NCBI RefSeq assembly: GCF_052425735.1
Contig: NC_135771.1
Coordinates: 5,828,001-5,892,000, forward strand
DNA from: Oculina patagonica
Lineage: Eukaryota
Length of the DNA stretch: 64,000 bases
Reading direction: 5' to 3'
Positions 20,471 through 32,569 of this stretch are shown piece by piece. Both the position numbers and the translations under genes were made by a program. The notes under the pieces were generated by a model. The model had not been told where the DNA came from. It saw only the letters and a list, made by a program, of their open reading frames with translations, and ran no database searches. Every line of letters begins with the position of its first letter. Position 1 is the stretch's first letter.

Positions 20471-22066
20471 TTAGAACTCGAAGACTTCTTTATGAAAGTC
20501 AAATGTAACTCCTCCACAGCCTGCAGTCGAATACTTGGAACACAGTTTCTCGATGCTGTCAACCAAGGAGGTTGGTCCACATGATAACACGGCCACACGG
20601 TGCTCTCCTTGTTCAGTTGCGTAGCCTTTCATCTTGCTGAACAGATCTGGGAGCTCAGGACGGCCGAATTTCACATCTGGCTGCATCTCTGGGCGGATGT
20701 TAGCCTCTGCAAACTTAGACGAATCTCTTTCTCTGGTCAGATGGAAGTAATTTTCCATCACATCACTAGGCTCGCCTCTCGCGACAAGATCTGGAGTGAA
20801 GGACATGGGAAGCCGATGATCTGAATTCTGCTGGAAGTATTCCTTGTCGTAGTCGAGCACTGATGTCACCATGAAGAGGTCTCGGACCGACCAGATGAAC
20901 ATCACCTTCCGGATGTCTCGCCCTCGTCTTCGTTGATGGAGGACATCATTGCAGATGGACTGCATGGGTGTGATGCCGATGCCTCCACTGACGAACATGA
21001 ACAACTTGTAGCGATCACCATCTACATCTAGGCATGGAGCTCCGTACGGTCCATCCAAGTAAACATTGATCGGTTTCGTCTTCTCTACGTAATCGTACAG
21101 CCGCTGGGTCCAGTCACCAAGGACGCGGATATGTATCGAGACCATGTTCTCGTGGGGGGAAGAGGACAAGCTGAAGGGATGCCATTCAAAATAGGACACG
21201 CCTGGTACACAAATGAAGCAGTACTGACCGGATTTATAGTTGAAGTCTCCCTTGAGGAACGTCAGGCGGATGACATTTGAGGGTAGTCTCACGGCCAAGA
21301 TGCTTCGCTGCTTTCGGTTGTTGATAAATGCGATCAGCGCCCGGACTAGTACGTCGAATACCCACAGGCCAACCCCGAACAGAATCGCTCCGGCGCCATG
21401 AGCTATGGCGGCACCAATCGCCAGGAGGAACAGCACCCAGTGTAGTCGATAGAAAGCCTCGAAGATCTTCCGGCGAATAAACCAGAGGGATAGCAGGCAG
21501 AGGCCAGCCATGGAGCCAGTAAGTAGAAGACCCGACGCATCCCACTCTGTGGACACATAACCATGCCAAGCACCGACAATCACACTGACATAGGCGCACA
21601 GTTTATGCCAAAACAGCGCTCGTTCAAACGGCAGGCCAGTAAACAGCACCCATAGCGAGTTTCTGCAAGCGAAGGCGAATGCAAGAGCCGGTGCGATGTT
21701 AGCAATGGCCCCAGTTCCTTCGCCTTCGTCGTCGTTCAGACCGATCACACCCAACGCTGCGGCGAGTCCGCCGATGAGCAGCACAAACACAAGCACCTCT
21801 CCAAGAACGATGCCAAACAGAAGGCGAGTATGGAAAATGCTTAGTATCTTCCAGCGGCAGTAGTAATACAGTGGCCAAGGTATCAAGCGATTCAGCACGG
21901 GTGATTCGTACTTGGAATCTTCGTATGCTTTCCATTGCTTAGGAGCTTGTTGTTCGACGTCTTCCATGCGGAGCTGTTCTACAACCACCGGTTGTTGCAT
22001 TTGTTGTGGCTCGGCTTGCTCCGTTCGACCCGGCTCTTTGATTGATACTCTGTAGGTCCCTTCCAT
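20471..22066 (-). CDS. Ferric-reductase-domain transmembrane flavocytochrome (FRE/FRO-like), copy B, intronless
   Basis: Same length and motifs as copy A; about 25 amino-acid differences counted by eye; first ATG at 22066. Confidence 0.9.
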   Translation of the reverse strand: MEGTYRVSIKEPGRTEQAEPQQMQQPVVVEQLRMEDVEQQAPKQWKAYEDSKYESPVLNRLIPWPLYYYCRWKILSIFHTRLLFGIVLGEVLVFVLLIGGLAAALGVIGLNDDEGEGTGAIANIAPALAFAFACRNSLWVLFTGLPFERALFWHKLCAYVSVIVGAWHGYVSTEWDASGLLLTGSMAGLCLLSLWFIRRKIFEAFYRLHWVLFLLAIGAAIAHGAGAILFGVGLWVFDVLVRALIAFINNRKQRSILAVRLPSNVIRLTFLKGDFNYKSGQYCFICVPGVSYFEWHPFSLSSSPHENMVSIHIRVLGDWTQRLYDYVEKTKPINVYLDGPYGAPCLDVDGDRYKLFMFVSGGIGITPMQSICNDVLHQRRRGRDIRKVMFIWSVRDLFMVTSVLDYDKEYFQQNSDHRLPMSFTPDLVARGEPSDVMENYFHLTRERDSSKFAEANIRPEMQPDVKFGRPELPDLFSKMKGYATEQGEHRVAVLSCGPTSLVDSIEKLCSKYSTAGCGGVTFDFHKEVFEF

Positions 22067-23136
22067 TTTCAAAGCCAGCTAACACCGCTTGTACGACCCG
22101 GCTAGAGTTGTATTGACAAACTAGCGGTTTGATGTACGGCCCAGAATGTAACGGCCAACCAAAATAAACCGTATTTTATAATCTGTCTTGCCTGTACACT
22201 CCAACGCACAAATTCTCCAGGGATGAGTAAATCAAAATAAAAAGGATTTGAGCCTTTGTTTCAACGTCGTAGCTTAGCGGCGACGGAACATTGTTTTGCA
22301 AACAGTACATAAAAAATTATGCTTCCGTCACGAAAACATTATCTCTCTACACGACCTTAACGTCCTTAACCCGGGTGTAGAAATTCCAAGAAATGTCTTA
22401 GCCGAAAATGCACGGCAAAACAACCCTAAAAATATTAGTTTATAGATACCGATCAAGCAAAAAAGTAAATTTTTACAAGACATCGGTCTCCATTATGAAT
22501 GTGGTCTCGGCAAAAGACTTCAACAAAGAAAAAACACTAATTTGCATGTTTAAAATATATACGTGATCTTATGCAAATAGAATGGACTCCAACCAAAACT
22601 GACGTCACATTATTCCGCTTCGAAGTCTCCAGCTATGAAAAACAGTGTTAGTTGCTAAGATCTCTGTATAAACAGTTTTATTAATAGTTCAAGCGTCATT
22701 TTTTGTACTCTTTCTTTGCATTTTTTATTTTACTCTTACATGTAAACATTCCTTCTATAGCTGCCACAGGCACTTCCACCCGTGTTATTTATATACGTAT
22801 ATACTTCATACGTATGTAATAACATTATCATAACAACAGTATTTAGTTTTTATTTCAACGACTTGAAGTAATACCTGATAGCTGTGTCAATATACTTCGT
22901 TCAAAATCAATTTTTCCCTGTTATGTATGTTTTTCCGAGACAAATTTAATCAACTTGTGTTTCGTGATAGTATACTTTAATAACGTTTTTTACTCCGAAG
23001 GTAACACAAACTTCAAAGAAAATGGAAGCTTCTGCGGTTACCAATTACACGCGATCTTCGTTTAAACACTCGGTTCAGGGGTTCATTCAAATCTCAAGAA
23101 TATATAGAATCCCGGTCAGCATCGACTGAAAGCATT

Positions 23137-23294
23137 GAGTGCGGAGTGCGGAGTGCGGAGTGCGGAGTGCGGAGTGCGGAGTGCGGAGTGCGGAGTGCGG
23201 AGTGCGGAGTGCGGAGTGCGGAGTGCGGACTGCGGAGTGCGGACTGCGGAGTGCGGACTGCGGACTGCGGACTGCGGAGTGCGGACTGCGGACT
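23137..23294. repeat. Heptamer microsatellite (TGCGGAG)n grading into (TGCGGAC)n
   Basis: More than 20 tandem 7-mers. Confidence 0.95.
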
Positions 23295-26200
23295 ACATAA
23301 CGAACCGGGTATAAAACACGAACTAGGGTATAAAACGCGGCTACGCACTGCGCACTTGGTATAAAATAATGAGAACCCAGACAGAATACCTCGGCAAAAT
23401 ACCTGGATTTTATAACACCTATTTTTAAGTGGAGCAAAACGTTTGGACCAAAATAAATTTAATTTTTTGTGGACTAGCTACAACTGAGGTTTTTCCTCAG
23501 TTTTTATTTTTTTCGTGCGTGATCGAAATCACAATTTTGGGAGTAAAGCCATCGGGAAACCGTGCTAAAATAAATATTTTCAAATGTCTGCCTGTCGAAA
23601 AAATGCTGTTCATCCGGTCACCTATGTATTCCTACATAGAATGTTCAATATATTCTGGAGTTTGAAGAAAACCGAGTAAACTTTCGCGTTTCGGCAAAGA
23701 GGGGGAGATGATTGACATCCCAAATTTTCGTCTTTCCCTTTTGCTCCGAAGGTCGTGTGTGATTGATAACCGCAGTAATTTAGAAATTACACACAATTTC
23801 AGTTTCTCCATTTTTTTGTCATTAATTTATATTGCAGGAATTGCTTGAACTCAGTGACAAGTGTAGCATAATATTTAGATTTCAAAAGGAAACAGACACT
23901 AGCTAAAACAAATTAAATTTAAAGGGAATTCATTCCCTCCGATTGGGAAAGAAAAACCTTGGAACCGTAGATCCAAGAACATGTGCAAAATAGAAGTTTT
24001 GCAATCAAACGTACTTGATATATTTTACATTTTTTTCATAAAGTACTTTCGGTTATTCAGTATTTAAGAAGATTGACTTAGTTCAGATGGTCTATGCATT
24101 TCGAGCTTTTTTTAGAACGGGTACTTCACACAAGCGCAGTTGTGCTCGCCATCTTGGAATATCGCTTTAAATGCGACAAGCTATGAAGGACTCAACTTCT
24201 TTATGGACGATAGGGGGATTAATAACAAATCCATATTTGTAACACGAAATTTTAAAGAATTTCAGTTCTCGCTAATTTGTGATGATACTTCGAAAGACAA
24301 GAAAGCGATCTTCATTATACTGCAAGGCATATCTGAAAACCACATGGTCGCTGGCTTGAGGAAAAAAATCCCTCAAAAATTTTTCCCTCCGGCAATTATG
24401 GATCAATATTTCCACAGTTTTTTAATAAAAGGTCATAGTAAGCGCTACATACATTTGTCGCTTTGTGGATATATTGGAAATGTAAGTTATTTTTTGCATC
24501 TTCCTTTTTTCTGCAAAATTTGTTTACCACGTGACTCTCGGATGCAATTTTATTTGTATGTTCCTTTATAACAAGTCTTCATTTAACCGTGTGGTTCTTA
24601 TTTTAAAATGAAATATTAAAAAAATTATATAGTGCAACTTTCAATAAAAACTGATCAAGCGCGCTTTACATGTTATAAAAACTAAATACTACAAACACCG
24701 AAAATTAATCATCTTTCTTTCGAACCTTTCAAAGATTTTCTCAAATAAGGAGATGAAAAGTAAACTGGGCCTCACACAGCGAACAATAAAAACTTCAAAT
24801 TAAAAGAAGTCACAATAAATGTTTCTTTTTTTAAAAAAATACGATAGAATTTTCCAGATTGATTCCCAAAAGAAGACAGCGTAAGCTGAAATTAAAATCA
24901 AAACCCTTCTTTTTGAAGAATTGCTTTGTACCCCCATGCCCTTATTTTAAACATCCACTCTTGTTTAAAACTATTCACGAAATATCCTATAGAACCAACG
25001 AAAGTTTCGTGGGTCGTTCTTTGTAGTTTGATGAATAAATTGTAATATATTTATTGAGATTGGTGACTTTCATTGTCATGGTCTTAACAAATTCGGTTTC
25101 CAGCTGAAAAAAAGAGCACTGAACCCAAGGAAGATTTTTTTAAAAAAAATTGAAAACCATAAAAATTAAAACCTGAGATAAAAAAAAAAACGTTAACTTT
25201 CTTGTAGCTAAAACAAAAAGTTGTTATAAAATTAGATATAAGAAAAACTCTCATCTTAATCATTAACACATATTAAACTTAAATTCATTTTGAAATGCAC
25301 ATTTTTCACAGTTGAAAGAAATTAATAGTTTTGGTTAAAAAATGAAAGTAAGCACGAAATGTCAACACTTAAAATTGCAATTAAAAAATCTATTCACTTT
25401 TTAATGAAAAGTGATTTTATCCTGGACGGGAAAAGAAAGAAAAAGCACGTCTTAGAGTTTTTATACAAATTGTAAGCACAGTAACAATGCGTTTAGATTG
25501 CGGGATATAAGAATCGCCATAGCGACGGAAAACAAAACATTTTGCATTATTGAAAAGCAGGCTGCTACCTTAAAAAAGTTTCAGTTTTTATTAGCTTCAA
25601 GAAAGCTAGAACGCTATTTTTTTGCCTGCTTTGATTAACGATTTTTGATCAAGATTTTTGCGAAGTTGGACGTTTTGCTACAAATGAGCAGCTAAAATCC
25701 ATCTACAAGGAAATCAACAGTCGAGGTAAAGTATTTTACAATCCGTTACTTTTTTTGAGAATATATGATTTTCATTTGACTACCTTTACAGAGCTCACTG
25801 GCCCGGCAAAATCATTAGGGCGACTTCTTATTTTACGTATTTCGCGAAACATTTTAGATCTACACTTGATTGGCCGAAAAGTGACGAAACCAAACCCGAT
25901 TAGCAAGTGAAACTTAGGTGTAACATAAAAACACAATTAATTAACTTGTTGTGCAACACCTGATAACGTTTTTTCGCTGGAGTGGTTTGTAGGGTTAAGC
26001 CAACTTTTGGTAGTTTTAATGCTGATGTAATCTTATAAGTGAGGGGAAAAATTGCTTCAGGCTGAGTCCTTTATCATTGATATTTCGTCTTAATGCCTTT
26101 AACTTGCGAGCACATGATATTTTTCGATAGCTACAACTACAGGCTAATATATGAATATTTTTCTTAACAAGAAATTATGAAGATTTTGTCCATGTGTATT

Positions 26201-27102
26201 CTGAAGCGTCGAGGCAATACGTTCGTTCACTTATATTCGAGGGATAGAGTTTTCTTGTATAAAAGAAGAAAATCCACAAGATGAAAAAGCCAAAAGCTCA
26301 AAGCGAGTTGTTAGCCAAGTTTCAAATGCATACCGAAGTGGCATATTGATAGAGCAAACTTTTTTCTGTTTTCTAAATATTACTTTAAAGCTTCGTACTT
26401 TCGTTGCGAATTTTGCACACCTTTTTTCACTTTCGTAAGTAAAGCAACTTTAAAGCCTTTTAAGGTTGGGTATTTTTCAGTTAACGAAATTTTTAATCTT
26501 TTATTTATTAGAAATCCTTTTCGTGGACATTTGTTTCAAGGGAGAGTCACAAATTAATAACTTCTTCCTTGCTGGAGGTCTCAAAGAAAAGTTTCTTTTT
26601 CGGCATACTGTTCTTATTAATTTTAGGTTCCCATTTGATAAAATTTAACAAAGACGAAAAAAAAAAAGACAGAGTCAACAGGCTCCTCAGGGAAAACTGC
26701 ATTCGAGCTAGCTTTGATTAGATTTTGGAACCCATGGATTGCACAAAGGACTTCGCGGCTTCTTAAACCAACTGTCTTATTGGCAACATGAAACGATTTT
26801 AATTAAAAGTGATCGAACGTGGTAATAACTTAGCTTGGGGTTTGTCTTGTTTGCTGATAAGACAAATAACATGCAATGAGATCCCTTTCTGAAGCACTTG
26901 AAGTTATTACTGCAGTCGGAGGACGTAGCTTTGATGCTAAAATTGCAGGCCGTAATAGCACAAACAACACCACGTTTAGCTTGGGCGAAAATAATTTTCT
27001 TCATGTAATTTATAGCTTAAGTTACTACAGTCAAACTTTTATTTGTACTAATTAATTGCGATTACTTTCTTGGCGCAGTTTCCAAGACCTTGAAATCGAA
27101 CC

Positions 27103-27338
27103 GTTAAAGGAGCTACGTCACGGTAAATGCAACTTGAAAAAATTGGCAAAGTTTTTCAAGTTTGTCTTTCGTGATCTGTCTTTAATCGTCGCCAGTTGAT
27201 ACCATCCTTGTTTATTTTCGTTTTTTTCTTTACTTCTTTTTTGTTTTTCCATGTTAGAAAAGTGTTGTTTTGAGGTTTCCTTCAATTTATAACCAATCAA
27301 AAAATGACCGTTGAAATACCATGACATTGCCCCTTTAA
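27103..27338. mobile_element. TTAA-flanked MITE (Kolobok/piggyBac-like)
   Basis: TTAA-AGGAGCTACGTCACGG...CCATGACATTGCCCCT-TTAA; related termini at about 36951-37338, 52650-53039, 28956-28973 and 63356. Confidence 0.7.
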
Positions 27339-28188
27339 ATAGAGTCAATTTAACGGTCCGCTGCTAAATTCATCCACTCAAATACTTTACTACTTTAATC
27401 TTTTCCAAAGCACCGCCTAGCGTTTAAGACCTGTATATTTAACGCCAGTTTAAATGATAACGTGTTGGAGAAAATCGAAGACATTAAGCAAACTGACTGC
27501 ATATTGATTTAACTAAAAATCTATATAGAAAAGTCGAGAATTGATCCACGTTGAAGTCCTATTGAATGAAGTTTTCTGTGCACTAACATACTCGGCTATT
27601 TGTGGTAAAACCTACGTTAATCGATCAGCAGCTACCCATTCTCTAATAGTGACCGTTTGGTTGTAGCCTTTTATCAGAAATAAAAGTACCTTATTCTTAC
27701 GTATTTTCGTGAAAACTCGGGAGCCGAATTTAAATTTAAATTTAAATTTTAATTTAAATGTGTTAAATTTCGCGATTTAATCAGTGTTTTCTGGATCAGT
27801 CGTCAATGACTAAGAAACTACTACAAATATATATACAAAGGTCTGGTTCAATGTAATTACAAGGAGCCTGCAAACGGAAACTTTGGTGACTGTACTAAAG
27901 AGGTTTTGGCCAATGTACAAGCTGAAGAAAACGGTAATCAGAGGATGGGTGCTAGTCGAAAACAAGCTAAGGCGGAGGGATAGTTGCAGTTCCAAACATT
28001 TAAAATTTTAAAATTTTTATTGTTTTGATGCAAAATATGGTATTAATTTTCGCGTGTTTAAATTTCGTGCAATGTTTTTTTTCGCGCGTATTAAATTTCG
28101 CGATTATTTTGAAATCGCGAAAATCGCGAAAATTAGTACTTAATCGAAAAAATTAGTAAGAATAAGGTAAAAAGTAAATTCTGTATAC

Positions 28189-28477
28189 GAGCCTAGTGGC
28201 CCATCATCAGATCAAGACGGGGCGTATCGGGTTTCCGAGGCATGACGCGACAAGGAGTATTTCTACTCCCCCCTGGATGGGACGCTAGTCCATCGCAGGG
28301 TTACCCCCCAGCAGTAAATTCGCCGGTACCAATTTATACACCTGGGTGGAGAGAGGCACTATGATAGTAAAGTGTCTTGCCCAACAACAAGACAATTGTG
28401 TTGTCTTACACAACACAATGACCCCGGCCAGGGCTCGAACCCGGACCACTCGATCCATAGTTCAGCGCCGTAACCAT
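28189..28477 (-). mobile_element. tRNA-headed SINE with Nin/Deu-like core (second copy about 46745-46965)
   Basis: Minus strand B box GGTTCGAGCCC, then GGGCAAGACACTTTAC...CCACCCAGGTGTATAAATTGGTACCGGCGAA...CCCATCCAGGGGGGAGTAG. Confidence 0.75.
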
Positions 28478-29072
28478 TTTATTAGTAGTGCTGATATTAA
28501 TTGAACCGTAAATCCGCCGTTTTCCGTATGTATAGCTTTTTCTGGCAACCTAAGTAGCGCGAAATTTTTATATATTGCCAAAATATGCCTGGTATACTTC
28601 AGCAAACTCTATGATAAAAGGCGCTTTGTTACGGATTTTAACAAATAATTGATTTAAACAGCCAAAATTTGTATTTGTGTCGTAGGAAACCTTGATACGC
28701 AACTTAACCCATGAAAAACATCTTTGAACATATAAAGGAAGGAATAACCTTAATTTGCGGAGAGAAATCAAACTTCGGCTATAAATATCGATACAACTTA
28801 AAACGTTTAGCCTCAATTTTTCAATTCCATCCTAGTCATCCGCAGCCAAAGACGTTTGTTGTAAGTTTCAGTGCTCTAATATAACAAACGTTAATAACAA
28901 TGGACCATTAGTTTAAAGTTTCAGAACAGTTAAGACCAAAAATCTGCGAAATCCCCGTGACGTAGCTCCTTTAGGTTGTGGAAGAGGTCATGCAGAGAAA
29001 ATCTGGGCTTTTGATCATATGTATTAAATCTTTCTATTTTTTCAATTGCAGTTTCTAAACTAAGTGACAGCC

Positions 29073-30212
29073 ATGGGAAACAACATACAGGTCAATTCAA
29101 CTTTCACCGCCAGAAATTACTCCAACACGACAAACGGCACCTATGGGTACAAACCAACGGAACCTGTTCCGCCCTTCAGATCCCCCCAAGATTTAGAAGA
29201 CGTGTGGGATCAGTTAAAAGCCTTGGCTTGTGTCAGTACACTGACGTTTGCGATCAATCTTTCCATGGTGATATTCACTTCTTACAGACTCAGAGCTGTA
29301 CCGTACATGTTTATCCAGAATTTTATGGTCATCGACATCGTAAACGCCCTAGTTACAGCTGGTCCTTGGGCAACGGGTGTCTGGCTGGATTTTTTTGGGC
29401 TGCAGGTGGTATCATTCCTATGCCGCATTCAAGGATTCTTTCACAACACCCTGGCTACTGTGTTCTTGGGAACCGTCACTGCCATTGCAGCCAGCCGCTA
29501 CCTGTACGTGGTGTCGCCACACGCCTATGCTATGTTCTTCGTGAACAAGCCCGTTGTCCGCTTGTTGCTGTTCACCATCTGGTTCGGTGCAGGCTTCTTG
29601 GCCGCTCCACCATTAAACCCAGACACCTGGGGAGCCTATGGGAAGTTTGAAGGCACCTGTTGGGTCTCCTGGGAGAAGGGGAACGTTGCCGCTGTGACTT
29701 ACTCAGCGTTCCACACCGTCATCACCCTTGGCCCCGCTGTCATCTTCACCGTGTTGGCAATCGTCTTCATTGTGCTGAAGAAGAAGAACTCCATCCACCC
29801 CGCACCGGCCGCGCCCTCCATGCAGCTGAACAACAACCAGCCAGGACTGCCGCCTCCGACACCAACCATGATGGGGTCAACCCGAGGAGGAACGCACTTC
29901 TTGAACCTGGAGGTGCTGTACATCTCGTGCGCCTTGTTCCTGCTGTATCTGATACTGTGGACCGCGATGACTGTGGTGGAATCCCTCATCATTGTCGACT
30001 GGCGTACCGTGGACTACAAAGTGGTGATTGTGCTTACATTCCTGTACCAGTCACGTGGTCTGATGCACCCTTTCCTATATCTCCTTCTCAGCGCCGAGAT
30101 GAGGCATGCCTTTGTGAAGTGCACAGGTAAAGGGCAGGCTGGGATAACGCTGTCCGCTGATAGAGGCGCTCTGTCTCAGTCCATCGCTGACATGCAAGCC
30201 CCCAGGCACTGA
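29073..30212 (+). CDS. Divergent rhodopsin-family orphan GPCR, single coding exon
   Basis: N-terminus rich in NxS/T sites, seven hydrophobic segments, TM3 Cys (LCRIQG), SRY in place of DRY, ECL2 Cys, HPFLY in place of NPxxY, helix 8 EMRHAF; acceptor TTGCAG at about 29051. Confidence 0.85.
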   Translation: MGNNIQVNSTFTARNYSNTTNGTYGYKPTEPVPPFRSPQDLEDVWDQLKALACVSTLTFAINLSMVIFTSYRLRAVPYMFIQNFMVIDIVNALVTAGPWATGVWLDFFGLQVVSFLCRIQGFFHNTLATVFLGTVTAIAASRYLYVVSPHAYAMFFVNKPVVRLLLFTIWFGAGFLAAPPLNPDTWGAYGKFEGTCWVSWEKGNVAAVTYSAFHTVITLGPAVIFTVLAIVFIVLKKKNSIHPAPAAPSMQLNNNQPGLPPPTPTMMGSTRGGTHFLNLEVLYISCALFLLYLILWTAMTVVESLIIVDWRTVDYKVVIVLTFLYQSRGLMHPFLYLLLSAEMRHAFVKCTGKGQAGITLSADRGALSQSIADMQAPRH

Positions 30213-30430
30213 TTCCAACTTTACAAGAACAACCTAATGAGAAACTATTTATAGGAATAGGATTTACTTGCTAAGTTAAGACTGATAAACGATTTTACTG
30301 ATAGGTTAGTTACCTGATGTGGCAATTCCACACTAAATTAAATGTGGAATTGACAAGAGAGGCGATAAGTCCCTGACACATATTACAAGGGCTATATATG
30401 TCGGAATTATCATAACCCGGTTTGAGATTA

Positions 30431-30606
30431 CAGTGGAACCTCGATTTAACGAATCTCTATATAGCGAAGTCCTCGATATAACGAACGATATTCTTCGCCC
30501 CAGCAATAATACAATATATGGAAAAGAACCTTGATATAACGAAACCTCGTTATAGCGAACACATTTTGTCAGTCCCTTGGGCCCTCGTTATATCGAGGTT
30601 CCACTG
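30431..30606. mobile_element. Tc1/mariner (pogo/Tigger-like) MITE
   Basis: TA-CAGTGGAACCTCGAT...ATCGAGGTTCCACTG-TA. Confidence 0.85.
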
Positions 30607-32569
30607 TAGTAGGTCCTTTTAGGGGAGATATAAAGTAGATCCATATCGGAAACTAGAAGGTCCCCGTTTGCTACTAGCAGCATTTCTCACAAATTTCCTT
30701 TAGCTGGTCGAAGATTAGTAAGCTCCTTACGGAGACTAGAAGGCGCTCTTCACCGAAATGAGCAGGTCTTTGTAGAAAAAAGGTAGCCATTTCTCGGATT
30801 TTGTTAGCACCTTTTCTGTTTATTGTTGGATTTTATGCTGTCAGGGGCATAACATTCGAAATTCAATGAAAGCACGTTTTTTATGAGAGATGTCTTATCA
30901 AGTTACACCAATCCCATTAATTTTTGTGTAACACACATTGTAACCCTTCAATGCCACCACAAACGCGAAGGGTGTTTGCAATAAGATGACCTGTCAGGCT
31001 CTCGACTTTCATTCACTTACATAGGGCTGCACATGAATGCATTGTACAGTTCCAAATTTATAATTATCAATATAATGTAAATCTGTAATATACGATATGA
31101 CAGTGTTTAGCAGTGTATTTCATGTATTTCATTTGACGAGAATTCGTCAAAGTTTTTAAAAGCTTTAAGAGAAATAGGTTAAAACCTAAAAAGAAAACTT
31201 AAAAGTTTCTCGTATAAATTACTTATATACTAGGTCTACCACAAGAGTAGCTCCTAATGAATATGTAAATAGTTATTAGATGTATAAGACTAATGTATTT
31301 AGTTTAGGGGTGGTCAGTAAATATACATATGGGAGTGTGGTCCTTAGTAGAGCTTTTATAGCAGTCTAAACAGTGTCTAAAATATAGCATTTTACCTAAA
31401 GCTTAAATTTGACTTAATGATTCCAGAATGTTAGTTTAGGCTTACTTCGTACTTTGTACTTCAGTCGTAGATCGCCATCCCTGGCTTTAATATTTAGAAT
31501 AAGCCACAAATACTGATATTGAAAAAATGTTTCGTACACAAAAAGGATTTGAGATACAGTAACCGTATTGAATATTTCACGTTTAAGTAGAGATACCGTA
31601 ATGCACCTCTGCACTAAATTCATTTCAATGATGATACATAGTGCAGTGATCAAATTGTTTCATTAGAGCAGTTTTCAGACAATCCAGCTCAGTGAACCAA
31701 TCAAAACTCGAAGCAAGGACCCATAAAGCCGGCAGGAAAGGCGGGAAAACGTTCGCGATCGAGACACGATTGGTTTTGGTTTTAGTTCTGATTGGCTGAG
31801 AATGTGACGCGATATTTTTAAACCAATCTCTAAGCGTAGTAATGCAATACCAAAGCAAACGCACATACTTTCGACACTCGAGTGAAAACCGTTCTATTAC
31901 CTTACCAAGTGATGCTATTTTGTTTAGATCGGAAAAAAGCACTGGCCCAAACTGAATGGCCAATCAGAACTCGAAACGAAACGTGACCTGCGTAAGCGCG
32001 GGAAAACGCGCGCGTCACTGCGGTTGGTTTGCTCCGATTAATGTGAGCAAGTTTCATGACTTTTTCCCGCAAAAACAAACAGTTTTCGACAGCCAGTCGC
32101 AGCCAGTGCTGTTATATTTTGCAGATCAATTTTTCAGTTGTATAAAACTGCTGATTCTAATCATGATATCAATTTTAGTCCATACTTTTGTCAGTAGTCA
32201 CTCGAGGGATGTTAATGTGATTATTTAATAATTAATAGGTTTTAATGTATGACTTGACTGAAAAATAAACAAGTGCTAGCGTCAATGGCCGTCTCTTTGA
32301 TTTACTTAATTATTGCCACTACATTTCTACGGTTGCAACAACGTCGTTCCCAGGCCTTTTCCCTCGTTAATTTGGAAGGGAAAAGTAACAAGGGATAAGC
32401 CCTGGGAACGAGTTGCAACAAAATAGAAATATAACTTGACGTTAAATCTTCTTAACTGAAATTTCCCCTGACCTGATACACAGTTATAAAAAAGAAATTC
32501 ATTAAGCTAAACTTTCAATTTGAAAACAGAAGACCGCAAATAAACCCAACAATATTCGTGCTTGATACC

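Larger units (their letters stand above)
16435..22802. repeat. Tandem segmental duplication, two ~2.9-kb copies (16435-19305 and 19918-22802), offset about 3484 bp
   Basis: Collinear similarity from TCAAAAGACTTGCAGCGTG through the CDS and promoter to GCCACAGGCACTT..CGTGTT. Confidence 0.92.

Noticed and set aside
16987-22066. NOX5, DUOX or NOX2 call
   Set aside because: No EF-hands or peroxidase domain; His spacing, TM4 motif and C-terminus differ from NOX. Some oxidase activity cannot be excluded without assay.
23087-23437. Repetitive ORFs (HSALRTP; also 3732-4353, 8990-9394, 49184-49663)
   Set aside because: Translations of simple repeats.
23440-27100. Hidden gene in the long AT-rich stretch (including the 143-aa ORF at 24140)
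   Set aside because: No motif, coding bias or consistent splice chain was visible; probably decayed transposon or intergenic DNA.
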